Counted from the stretch's first letter, positions 7,278 to 14,869 are shown. The stretch is DNA of 31,349 bases from a virus (IMGVR_UViG_3300012667_000232:1-31349); one strand, 5' to 3'. Notes: generated by a model from the letters alone, not told the origin. Numbers and translations: made by a program.

Positions 7278-7777
7278 CACTTGACCACTACATAGAAGGA
7301 CATTACAAAAAGTTCAAAGAACTTGCGAAGAATATCTCGCGAGGTGAGGATTACTACGAAGACTTGCTTCACGATTCTTTGTTGTCAATGTTTGGAAGTA
7401 AACACATTGAGAATCTAATCGACACAGGCGACTTTGAGTTCTATTTAATCCGTGTAATGTATCTCGCAGTCAATTCGCCAACCTCACCATTCTACAAACA
7501 AACAATCGCGTGGAACAGGAATAGACGCGATTTTAAAGAGTACGCGCACGAAGTCGACAAGACGTGGTTAGGCGCGCGAATGACAAACGAGCAGTTAGAC
7601 ATTCTAATTAGTCGTCTGAGCGAGTTTGAGAGGCTTATCTTTCAAGAATACATCTTTGAAGGTTTCACCTACCGTGAACTGTCAAAACAAACGGGAATAC
7701 CAATGCCGTTCCTTTACAGAACAATAGACAATATCAAACAAAAAATAAGAGCAAATGTTATTCGCAAAAAGCAATGA
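7274..7777 (+). CDS. ECF-like RNA polymerase sigma factor (probable late-gene activator)
   Basis: Region 2-like EDLLHD...FYLIRVM and region 4 HTH LSEFERLIF...EGFTYRELSKQTGIP...YRTIDNIKQKIR. GTG start. Confidence 0.78.
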   Translation: MTLDHYIEGHYKKFKELAKNISRGEDYYEDLLHDSLLSMFGSKHIENLIDTGDFEFYLIRVMYLAVNSPTSPFYKQTIAWNRNRRDFKEYAHEVDKTWLGARMTNEQLDILISRLSEFERLIFQEYIFEGFTYRELSKQTGIPMPFLYRTIDNIKQKIRANVIRKKQ

Positions 7778-8189
7778 GTACAAACGCAGGTTAGAAATTT
7801 GTCGCACCTGTAAATTCTTCGAACCTTCAACGCAGTCTTGCGGACCATTGATCGTTGGTGACGAAGTAGAAACCGAAGTATTGTTTCGTCGCAAGTCGAT
7901 TAAGTTGTGCGGTTGTGTTATGCCTATCAAAGCAAAACTTGCCTTCGCTTCTTGTCCTGCGTCTAAATGGGACGGTGTTCTTTCAATGGAAGAACAAATA
8001 GAGTTTAAACGTTTTCTTCTTGATATGAAAGCCCAGGGACGTTTAGAGCAGAAAGACATGTTGAAGTTCTATTCGTTCAAGGACAAGGCCACAGGAGCCT
8101 TCAACGAGCGTTCAACGTGTTCGCCTTGTGTAAAGAAAGACATCAACACGTTTCTTGAATCAATGAAAGATGTTGAAATAGGTGAATAA
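7755..8189 (+). CDS. Cys-rich putative zinc-binding protein
   Basis: RRLEICRTC...CGCVMPIKAKLAFASCPASKW plus CSPC. Confidence 0.7.
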   Translation: MLFAKSNEYKRRLEICRTCKFFEPSTQSCGPLIVGDEVETEVLFRRKSIKLCGCVMPIKAKLAFASCPASKWDGVLSMEEQIEFKRFLLDMKAQGRLEQKDMLKFYSFKDKATGAFNERSTCSPCVKKDINTFLESMKDVEIGE

Positions 8190-8219
8190 CTTATAAGGCA
8201 ACTTTTGGAAGTAACAACG

Positions 8220-8227
8220 TATATTTG
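8220..8227 (+). promoter_or_regulatory. Bacteroidota -7 promoter element TATATTTG
   Basis: Exact TAnnTTTG in an intergenic region directly before a structured leader. No clear -33 element. Confidence 0.6.
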
Positions 8228-8230
8228 TTA

Positions 8231-8301
8231 CAGCCAAGCAACGCGAAACTACCCCCTTTTATTTTTGCTTGGCGGCTGAAATAATTGGGGGTATATTTTT
8301 T
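8231..8301 (+). ncRNA. Candidate short structured RNA or attenuator
   Basis: Terminator-like stem TACCCCC(8250-56)/GGGGGTA(8287-93) followed by a T-run. The 5' GCCAAGCAA(8233-41) is complementary to TTGCTTGGC(8265-73). Confidence 0.5.
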
Positions 8302-8339
8302 AATTGAAAATGAAAGAAACTGAATAAGAACACAAACCA

Positions 8340-8510
8340 CCTTCGTAAGTCAAAGCGAAGTAACCAATGACTACACTTGCAATACATCAATGCTTGGACC
8401 GAGCAACTGCTCTTTTAAGAGCGAGAGTAATCTTTTTCGGGGGAGCTTTTTCTTTTGTTCTTTCTTTATAGTGCTTACACGTTTTCTTTGTTCTTTTCTT
8501 TTCTTTGCAT
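8340..8510. other. Candidate replication origin (non-coding palindromes plus a polypyrimidine tract)
   Basis: Part of the largest intergenic gap (8190-8545). It has overlapping inverted repeats at 8391-8422 and repeated TTCTTT(T)GTTCTTT with strong strand asymmetry. Confidence 0.35.
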
Positions 8511-8545
8511 ATTTAAGACATACTATAAATTTAATGACATAACAG

Positions 8546-9187
8546 ATGCTTACAATAACTAACGAGGACAATATGAACTTAATGTCAAGGTATCCAGATA
8601 ACTACTTTGATTTAGCAATAGTTGACCCACCTTATGGAATAGGAGAATCAAGTGCTAAAATACACACAAGGCATCACTCTCAAAAAAAATACAGTATTAA
8701 AGATTGGGATAATGAACCACCAAGCCAAGATTATTTTAATGAACTAATAAGAGTATCTAAAAATCAAATTATTTGGGGTGCTAATCATTTTATAGAAAGA
8801 ATTAATAAAAATAGTAGTTGCTGGATTGTTTGGGATAAAGATGGATTTGGAGACCAAGCTGATTGTGAAATTGCATGGACTTCGTTTAAGACCGCAGTTA
8901 GAAAGTATAAATATACTTGGAATGGTTTTAGACAAGAAGACATGAAAAATAAAGAGATAAGATTTCATCCAACCCAAAAACCTGCTGCCCTTTACAAGTG
9001 GCTCTTATCAAACTATGCGAAGGAAGGCGATAAAATACTCGACACTCATTTGGGTAGTGGCTCAATCGCGATAGCGTGCCACGATTACGGCTTCGACTTA
9101 ACCGCCTGTGAACTTGATAAAGAATACTTTGACAAAGCAATGCAACGCATAAACAACCACACCGCACAAATAAAAATGTTTCAATGA
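8546..9187 (+). CDS. Orphan DNA methyltransferase (N6-adenine/N4-cytosine, beta class)
   Basis: DPPY catalytic motif precedes HPTQKP and the SAM-binding DTHLGSGS. No cognate restriction enzyme is adjacent. Confidence 0.92.
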   Translation: MLTITNEDNMNLMSRYPDNYFDLAIVDPPYGIGESSAKIHTRHHSQKKYSIKDWDNEPPSQDYFNELIRVSKNQIIWGANHFIERINKNSSCWIVWDKDGFGDQADCEIAWTSFKTAVRKYKYTWNGFRQEDMKNKEIRFHPTQKPAALYKWLLSNYAKEGDKILDTHLGSGSIAIACHDYGFDLTACELDKEYFDKAMQRINNHTAQIKMFQ

Positions 9188-9537
9188 TTATCATTCCCGC
9201 TCAACTTGAAAGCGTAGGTACGCGAAAGGACAAGACGCTCAAACTAACCTTTGGAACAAATGAGTTAAGTCCTGCGCAAGCGTCCGAACTATTTACAATT
9301 GCAAATCAATTCGGTTATCTTGCTTTCAAAGATGAAGATTTCAAACGCGAAGAACTTGACGCAGTTGAAAGTCTTAAGAGCGAGTTAGAAGATACGTTAA
9401 AGAAGCCCTCACAACGTTTAAGGGGTGTTATGTTTCGTTGCTTCGAGTTAGACAACGAAGGGTTCAATACATTCTCGAAGTATTACGATTCGAAAATGGA
9501 ACAAGTTATTAACCACTTCAAGGGCAAACTGACTTAA
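9184..9537 (+). CDS. Hypothetical phage protein
   Basis: ATGA-coupled 117 aa ORF with the KPSQRLRGV...YYDSKMEQVINHFK pattern. Confidence 0.7.
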   Translation: MIIIPAQLESVGTRKDKTLKLTFGTNELSPAQASELFTIANQFGYLAFKDEDFKREELDAVESLKSELEDTLKKPSQRLRGVMFRCFELDNEGFNTFSKYYDSKMEQVINHFKGKLT

Positions 9538-9619
9538 TTTTTACCTTCGAAGAGTAAACGATGGTAAGTTTTATATTTATCTTTTATCTGTTGTTATCAG
9601 ATTAAATACAGAAAAAAAA

Positions 9620-9889
9620 ATGAAATTTGAAAAAGGAAAAAGCGGAAACCCCAAAGGACGACCAGAGGGCGCAATAAACAAAAAGACTGAAATGTGGAAT
9701 CAACTCGGTGACTACGTTGTAACACAAGGTGCTGAAAGAGCAATGACAGTAATGCACGCAATGGACGACGAAGACTACCTTCACTATTACCTTGCGTTAG
9801 TTGAATACTTCAAACCTAAACAAGCGAGAACGGTTCACGCAGGTGATAGCGACGCTCCAGTACAAATTATAATCAATGACAAATTATGA
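9620..9889 (+). CDS. Putative terminase small subunit (DUF5681-like N-terminus)
   Basis: MKFEKGKSGNPKGRPEGAINK N-terminal motif and a C-terminal beta strand PVQIII. Confidence 0.65.
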   Translation: MKFEKGKSGNPKGRPEGAINKKTEMWNQLGDYVVTQGAERAMTVMHAMDDEDYLHYYLALVEYFKPKQARTVHAGDSDAPVQIIINDKL

Positions 9890-10101
9890 CACCAAAAGAA
9901 AAAGCCGATGAACTAATAGACAAAATGTATTATATCGGTAGGTACGATGACAAAGAGGACTATAACCTTGCTATGGCTTGGGAGAGAGCGAAACAATGTG
10001 CCTTAATTGCAGTAGAGGAAATTTTAAATGCCGCTTTAAATGTTAAAATGGGTGAGCATGAATACTGGAAAGAAGTTAAAAAAGAAATTGAATTGTTATG
10101 A
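9886..10101 (+). CDS. Hypothetical phage protein
   Basis: MTPKEKA..L...AKQCALIAVEEIL...YW.EVKKEIE pattern, coupled on both sides. Confidence 0.7.
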   Translation: MTPKEKADELIDKMYYIGRYDDKEDYNLAMAWERAKQCALIAVEEILNAALNVKMGEHEYWKEVKKEIELL

Positions 10102-10343
10102 GTACCGCAACATTGACCTTTGACCTTTCAGACGGAGACGATCGTTTCGAATTTAACCGCATCACAAAGGCTCTCGATATGGCAATGATGCTTTGGGAAC
10201 TCGATATAAACGGATATAGGAAGTTCACGAAGTACAACGAAAGGCAGGAAGCCGCGTATCAAGAAGGCATAGAAGAAGTCTTTGAATACATTCGTGACTT
10301 ACTACAACAGCATCAAATAAACGTTGAAGATTTAATAGTATAA
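10098..10343 (+). CDS. Hypothetical phage protein
   Basis: ATGA-coupled ORF with an ATLTFDL N-terminus. Confidence 0.65.
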   Translation: MSTATLTFDLSDGDDRFEFNRITKALDMAMMLWELDINGYRKFTKYNERQEAAYQEGIEEVFEYIRDLLQQHQINVEDLIV

Positions 10344-10346
10344 CAA

Positions 10347-10502
10347 ATGAGCGAAAACAAATTAAACTTTTTGAAATCACAAATCACCGCCTTCAATCCA
10401 ACGTGGACGAAAGAGCAGGTTGAGATGGAAGCAATAAGAATATACAACGAAGCAAACACAATCGACGACGATGACGAAGGGTGTTTGTATTGCGGATCGT
10501 AA
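10347..10502 (+). CDS. Small protein (51 aa) ending DDDDEGCLYCGS, absent from the ORF track
   Basis: Translated by hand: MSENKLNFLKSQITAFNPTWTKEQVEMEAIRIYNEANTIDDDDEGCLYCGS. It starts 3 nt after the upstream stop. Confidence 0.7.
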   Translation: MSENKLNFLKSQITAFNPTWTKEQVEMEAIRIYNEANTIDDDDEGCLYCGS

Positions 10503-10509
10503 AAGAACT

Positions 10510-10626
10510 GTACCTGCCTAAAACGCAGAGTCCCTTGCAGGTGGTCGCGACATCGTTGCAAGTAGCTGTGATAGACCTCGCAAAGGATGCTACCACATAA
10601 CACCAAGCTAAAGTCGGGTGTATTTT
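10510..10626. ncRNA. Candidate structured non-coding RNA
   Basis: GC-rich intergenic segment with several stems (see findings). The family is not recognised. Confidence 0.4.
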
Positions 10627-10667
10627 CAACAAAAATGTTTTTATTGTAGATATTAAACAACAAACGA

Positions 10668-11249
10668 ATGAGCATAAAAGTAAGTATACCTGCTGACTAT
10701 TCAAGCATCAGCGTCAAACAATACGTTGACTACCACGCGGCGAAGAACGACATCGACAAGTTGGTTAGCATTAGTAACCTACTGAAGGAACAAGCGGAGC
10801 AGATTCCCTTCCAACATTTGCCTACTTTGTTAGGTGCGTTTGAAGACACTCTGGCGAACGAGAGCGCGAAGTTCTTTGAGACCATTACAATCAAAGACAA
10901 AGACTTTGGTTTTATTCCCGACCTTTACTCGATTAGTATGGGCGAATACGCTGACATTTCAACGTGGGCATCTGACGTGAACGCGAACATCGTGAAGATA
11001 ATGGGGACGCTTTACCGACCTATCGACAAACGCGTGGGTTCGAAATACACCATCATCCCTCACAGCAAACAAAACAGAGAGTTAGTTGAAGGCTACGTTG
11101 AGCAGATGACGCTCGAACAATTCAACGGTGCGATGCTTTTTTTTTCGACTTTGCTCAACGAACTAAGCAGCACTTCGCTCGATTATTTGGAGAACGAAGT
11201 CCAGAAGTTGACGAAGGAGATGCAGGAATTGACGACAGAGAAGGAATAA
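10668..11249 (+). CDS. Tail assembly chaperone, short form
   Basis: FGFIPDL..ISMGEYADI...LYRP family pattern, with a T9 slippery run at codons LFF. Confidence 0.7.
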   Translation: MSIKVSIPADYSSISVKQYVDYHAAKNDIDKLVSISNLLKEQAEQIPFQHLPTLLGAFEDTLANESAKFFETITIKDKDFGFIPDLYSISMGEYADISTWASDVNANIVKIMGTLYRPIDKRVGSKYTIIPHSKQNRELVEGYVEQMTLEQFNGAMLFFSTLLNELSSTSLDYLENEVQKLTKEMQELTTEKE

Positions 11250-11425
11250 ACCAAGTGCTTGGACGCTACGGTTGGTATCATTTGTTCATGGAAGCCTGTG
11301 GACGCGACATAACTAAATTAGATACAATTACGGAAAAAAGCGCGTGGGAGATATTTACATTTATGACTTACTTAATAGACTACAATTATGTCGAACATAC
11401 AAAGTTACAACGCTCTCATCGATAG
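11144..11425 (+). CDS. -1 frameshift extension of the tail assembly chaperone (fusion of about 252 aa, 10668-11425)
   Basis: The -1 frame is open for 93 codons from the T-run (FDFAQRTKQHFARLFG...RYGWYHLFMEACGRDITKLDTIT...IFTFMTYLID...SHR*) and fills the apparent gap at 11250-11387. Confidence 0.8.
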   Translation, partial: FDFAQRTKQHFARLFGERSPEVDEGDAGIDDREGINQVLGRYGWYHLFMEACGRDITKLDTITEKSAWEIFTFMTYLIDYNYVEHTKLQRSHR

Positions 11426-13874
11426 GTTCAAAGCATTTGCTTCTGGACACTTTATATTAAAGACCTTTTCACACGGTCAGATTGACACGGCAGACCTTGA
11501 GAAGTTTACCGAGTATCCATTCATGCACGTCGTGCCTTCGAACGTTACTTACGCGAAAGGAACAAAGACGTTCTCTTTTCAAATTGTCCTTGCGGATCTT
11601 CCGCGTGATAAAGACGACAAGGTTGAATTTCAACGCGAGGTGTTGTCAGACCTTCAACGAATAGCAGAAGATTTAGTTGCTGAGATTACAAACCACCGCG
11701 TTTTGTTTGGCGACTTAATCACGGTTCAGAATGTAAGTCTTGAACCATTCTTAGAAGAGTTTCACAACACGCTAACGGGTTGGACGGTTAGTTTGGAGTT
11801 ACTCGTTCCTTACTATTGGGACGCGTGCAGCATTCCTGCGGAGTGGAACGATATGTTTGAATCTTCAACAGGTGGCACAGGATCAATTTTGACCTTCACG
11901 GATTCGATAACACGCGACGAGAACGGATTCGTTCGACTTGTCAATGACGAAGCAGAACCTTCACCGAACTATTACTATGGAACGAACGACGAAGGGGTGC
12001 GTGGTTGGTATCTGTTGACGGATGAGGTAGGTCTTACTTGCGTAACGCTTCCTTCTTGCCAGACGATTATCGATATCGAAGCAGCAATTGATTTATTGCA
12101 GACGGATGTAACCGATTTACAAAGCGACGTTTCTTCTTTGGAGACAAACAAAGTTCCTTATACAGGCGCAACAGGCAACGTAGATTTAGGAGAGTTCGAA
12201 TTAAAGGCAGGGCAATTGTCTTTAGACACATCTCCAACAGGAACGGCAGCGGTTGGAACAACGAGATGGAACGATACAATAGGTAGTTCAGAGACAACTT
12301 TAAAAGGCGGTTCAGTTATCTTAAAGAATGGGGTTGACCTTGTTGCTCGCGTAGTGAACAAAGTAACACCAAACACAACGCTTACAAAAGCTGCTTATCA
12401 AGCGGTAAGAATCAGCGGTGCGCAAGGTCAGCGTTTAGCGGTAGCACTTGCACAAGCAAACAACGACACCAACAGCGCAGATACAATCGGAATAGTTACA
12501 GAGACCATTGCAACGAATCAAGAAGGTTTTATCCTAACCGTTGGGCAACTTGAAAACATCAATACAACGGGAAGTCTGCAAGGTGAAACGTGGGTTGACG
12601 GAGACGTTCTTTACCTTTCTCCAACGACAGCGGGTGCGTTGACGAACATTAAGCCAACAGGTGCGACGGGACACATTGTTGTTATCGGTTACGTAGAATA
12701 CGCTCACGCTATTCACGGAAAGATTTACGTCAAGGTGATGAATGGTTGGGAACTTGACGAATTACACAACGTGTATATTACTTCACCTGCAAACAACGAG
12801 GTCTTGACTTACGAATCTTCTACTTCATTGTGGAAGAACAAGACGGTTGAAACGGCACTTGGTTACACACCAGTTCCAACAACGCGAACGCTGACCATTA
12901 ACGGCACAACGCAAGACCTTTCAGCCAACAGAACATTCACGATAGCGACAGGCTTAACGGTAGGCACTACACCAATAACAAGCGGAACGGTTGGTCGAGT
13001 GTTGTTCGAAGGAACGGGGAATGTACTTCAAGAATCAGCGAATCTATTTTGGGACAATACGAATAGTAGGTTGGGTATTGGTACGGCTACTCCTGCAACA
13101 AGCTTAGATGTAAATGGAATTATAAGAACTCCTCAATTATCATTGGGTGGATTTGATTCTGGAAGAAATTTATTATTAACTTATAGTTCAGGCCCTAATT
13201 TTAGAATTTTTACAACTGCTGGTCAATATGCAATTTTTGGATGTGGTGGGCTATCGGTTGGTTTAACTTCTGCTGCTATTTCTCCACCTACAAGCGGTGC
13301 TATAATACAAGGCAACGTCCTCATCGGCACAACAACAGACGCAGGTTTCAAGCTCGATGTGAATGGAACGGCGAGGGTGCAGGGAAATGCTCAATTTGGA
13401 ACAGGATTTTATTGGGATAATACCAACAATAGGTTGGGTATTGGAAGTGCTGCTCCTGTTTCAAGAATTTCGGTAGTAGATTCAACAAGCACTGTAGCCA
13501 GTCTTACGGCAAATGCTGCATCTCACTTTAACATTTCAAGAGGTGTAAGTGGAGTTACAAATTTAGTATTTACTATTTCGGGTGTTTCGCCTAATACGGC
13601 AGCAATTCAACATAGACACTCTAACCTTGATGGCCTCGGTTATCCTATTGCTATTAATCCATTAGGCGGTAACGTCCTCATCGGCACAACAACAGATGTA
13701 GCATCTTCAAAATTAACTGTTACAAGTACAACACAAGGCTTCTTACCTCCGAGAATGACTAACGCGCAAAGGTTAGCAATAGCAACTCCTGCGGTTGGAT
13801 TGATAGTGTATTGCACCGATGTAGTGGAAGGCTTATACATAAACAAATCAACAGGATGGACTTTCGTAATATAA
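11388..13874 (+). CDS. Tail terminator-like N-terminal domain fused to a fiber-like protein
   Basis: Residues 1-150 resemble a tail-completion fold (YPFMHV...EPFLEEFHNTLTGW...DACSIP). The rest is G/T-rich with LGIGT and VLIGTTTD repeats and ends GFLPPRMT...GLIVYCTD. Confidence 0.7.
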   Translation: MSNIQSYNALIDRFKAFASGHFILKTFSHGQIDTADLEKFTEYPFMHVVPSNVTYAKGTKTFSFQIVLADLPRDKDDKVEFQREVLSDLQRIAEDLVAEITNHRVLFGDLITVQNVSLEPFLEEFHNTLTGWTVSLELLVPYYWDACSIPAEWNDMFESSTGGTGSILTFTDSITRDENGFVRLVNDEAEPSPNYYYGTNDEGVRGWYLLTDEVGLTCVTLPSCQTIIDIEAAIDLLQTDVTDLQSDVSSLETNKVPYTGATGNVDLGEFELKAGQLSLDTSPTGTAAVGTTRWNDTIGSSETTLKGGSVILKNGVDLVARVVNKVTPNTTLTKAAYQAVRISGAQGQRLAVALAQANNDTNSADTIGIVTETIATNQEGFILTVGQLENINTTGSLQGETWVDGDVLYLSPTTAGALTNIKPTGATGHIVVIGYVEYAHAIHGKIYVKVMNGWELDELHNVYITSPANNEVLTYESSTSLWKNKTVETALGYTPVPTTRTLTINGTTQDLSANRTFTIATGLTVGTTPITSGTVGRVLFEGTGNVLQESANLFWDNTNSRLGIGTATPATSLDVNGIIRTPQLSLGGFDSGRNLLLTYSSGPNFRIFTTAGQYAIFGCGGLSVGLTSAAISPPTSGAIIQGNVLIGTTTDAGFKLDVNGTARVQGNAQFGTGFYWDNTNNRLGIGSAAPVSRISVVDSTSTVASLTANAASHFNISRGVSGVTNLVFTISGVSPNTAAIQHRHSNLDGLGYPIAINPLGGNVLIGTTTDVASSKLTVTSTTQGFLPPRMTNAQRLAIATPAVGLIVYCTDVVEGLYINKSTGWTFVI
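13314..13696 (+). repeat. 26-nt exact direct repeat AACGTCCTCATCGGCACAACAACAGA (13314-13339 and 13671-13696)
   Basis: Read directly. A second repeat, TAGGTTGGGTATTGG, occurs at 13067-13081 and 13430-13444. Confidence 0.9.
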
Positions 13875-13886
13875 ATAATATAAACA

Positions 13887-14141
13887 ATGGCTAAAATACA
13901 ACCAATCGTCTTTCCTTTAAACGCAGGAACAGCAACAGAGATGAGCGTGCTTATTCTCAACTTTGAAACAAACGCAACCACTTGCACCACCTATTACGAA
14001 TTGAAAACCGAAGAAGGAACAGTTCTTTCAAATGGAAACTACACGCTCACCGAAGATGAGTTTGCAGCGTGGGGAACAGATAATACATGGGTAGAAAACT
14101 GCGTAGCAAGTGCAATAGGAGTAACAATTTTAACTTTCTAA
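13887..14141 (+). CDS. Small fiber-associated protein (possible fiber chaperone)
   Basis: Directly follows the fiber gene and contains GNYTLTEDEFAAWGTDN. Confidence 0.6.
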   Translation: MAKIQPIVFPLNAGTATEMSVLILNFETNATTCTTYYELKTEEGTVLSNGNYTLTEDEFAAWGTDNTWVENCVASAIGVTILTF

Positions 14142-14142
14142 T

Positions 14143-14271
14143 ATGAACCTAACCGAAGAACACTTAAAGCAACTTGATGCTTTCATTCAAGAGATGCCAG
14201 TTAAATTTGGCTTACCATTGATTCAGTTTTTCAACAAGATAAAAGAGGAAAGCGAAGTAACAAATGGCTAA
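14143..14271 (+). CDS. Small helical protein (42 aa, MNLTEEHLKQLDAFIQEMPVKFGLPLIQFF...), absent from the ORF track
   Basis: Translated by hand. It fills the gap between coupled neighbours. Confidence 0.7.
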   Translation: MNLTEEHLKQLDAFIQEMPVKFGLPLIQFFNKIKEESEVTNG

Positions 14272-14869
14272 CGAACAGAGCGCGCCCAACTTCTTCGCTG
14301 TCGTTAACGACATGGCTAAACGCTTTGTCGAATTGATGCAGTCCGACTATCGCATGAAGCGAAAGGTAGGACGCAACTACACAAACGCGATAGCAAGTGG
14401 TACGCTTGAAAAGTCATTAGCTTATCGACTGAAGATAAAGGGAAAAGAAATTGACATTTCGGTCTATGCAAAGGGCAAGGCAGGGCAATACTTTTTGTTT
14501 CGTGAAAAGGGTGTCAATGGAACGCAGAGGTCACAAGGCGCACCATACTCATTCAAACGAGGAAGCGGAAGCAAACCTGCAAAAGGTCAAATGTCGCCAA
14601 TGCAACAAGCCATTTACGACTGGATGTCGATAAAAGGAATACGACTACGCGACAAGTCAAGTGGAAAGTTTAAGAAGTCAAGCGAAGAATTGAAACAGAC
14701 AGTTGCAAAACTGATAATGTTCAAAGTTAGAAGGGACGGAATCAAAGGGTGGAACGCATTTGAATATGCCTTCGATAACATTTGGGACGAATACGAAGCA
14801 AAGGTAGTCGCAGCATACGGCAAAGACTTTAACGCAACAATAGAAAATCAATTTAACGATATACAATAA
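14264..14869 (+). CDS. Tail completion/neck protein (HK97 gp10-like)
   Basis: Basic protein with ASGTLEKSL...G...W...KGI...GIK..F motifs, in a tail context. Confidence 0.6.
   Translation: MANEQSAPNFFAVVNDMAKRFVELMQSDYRMKRKVGRNYTNAIASGTLEKSLAYRLKIKGKEIDISVYAKGKAGQYFLFREKGVNGTQRSQGAPYSFKRGSGSKPAKGQMSPMQQAIYDWMSIKGIRLRDKSSGKFKKSSEELKQTVAKLIMFKVRRDGIKGWNAFEYAFDNIWDEYEAKVVAAYGKDFNATIENQFNDIQ

Noticed and set aside
8181-8330. DnaA boxes near the candidate origin
   Set aside because: Only mismatched TTATTCAC/TTATTCAG-type hits were seen, which are expected by chance in AT-rich DNA.
8371-8571. 66-aa Lys-rich minus-strand ORF
   Set aside because: It is explained by the polypyrimidine tract, runs opposite to the local gene direction and overlaps the methyltransferase start.
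10541-10596. tRNA (sequence ends ...GCTACCA)
   Set aside because: There is no TTCRA T-loop, D-loop or matching 7-bp acceptor stem on either strand. It is kept only as a generic ncRNA candidate.
10313-10704. Minus-strand ORFs 10313-10675 and 10393-10704
   Set aside because: They are antisense to the late operon, overlap a better-supported + strand mini-gene and show no protein motifs.
13046-13700. DGR template/variable repeat, CRISPR array or invertible shufflon
   Set aside because: There is no reverse transcriptase or recombinase, no adenine-specific mismatch pattern, and only two in-frame direct copies about 360 nt apart.
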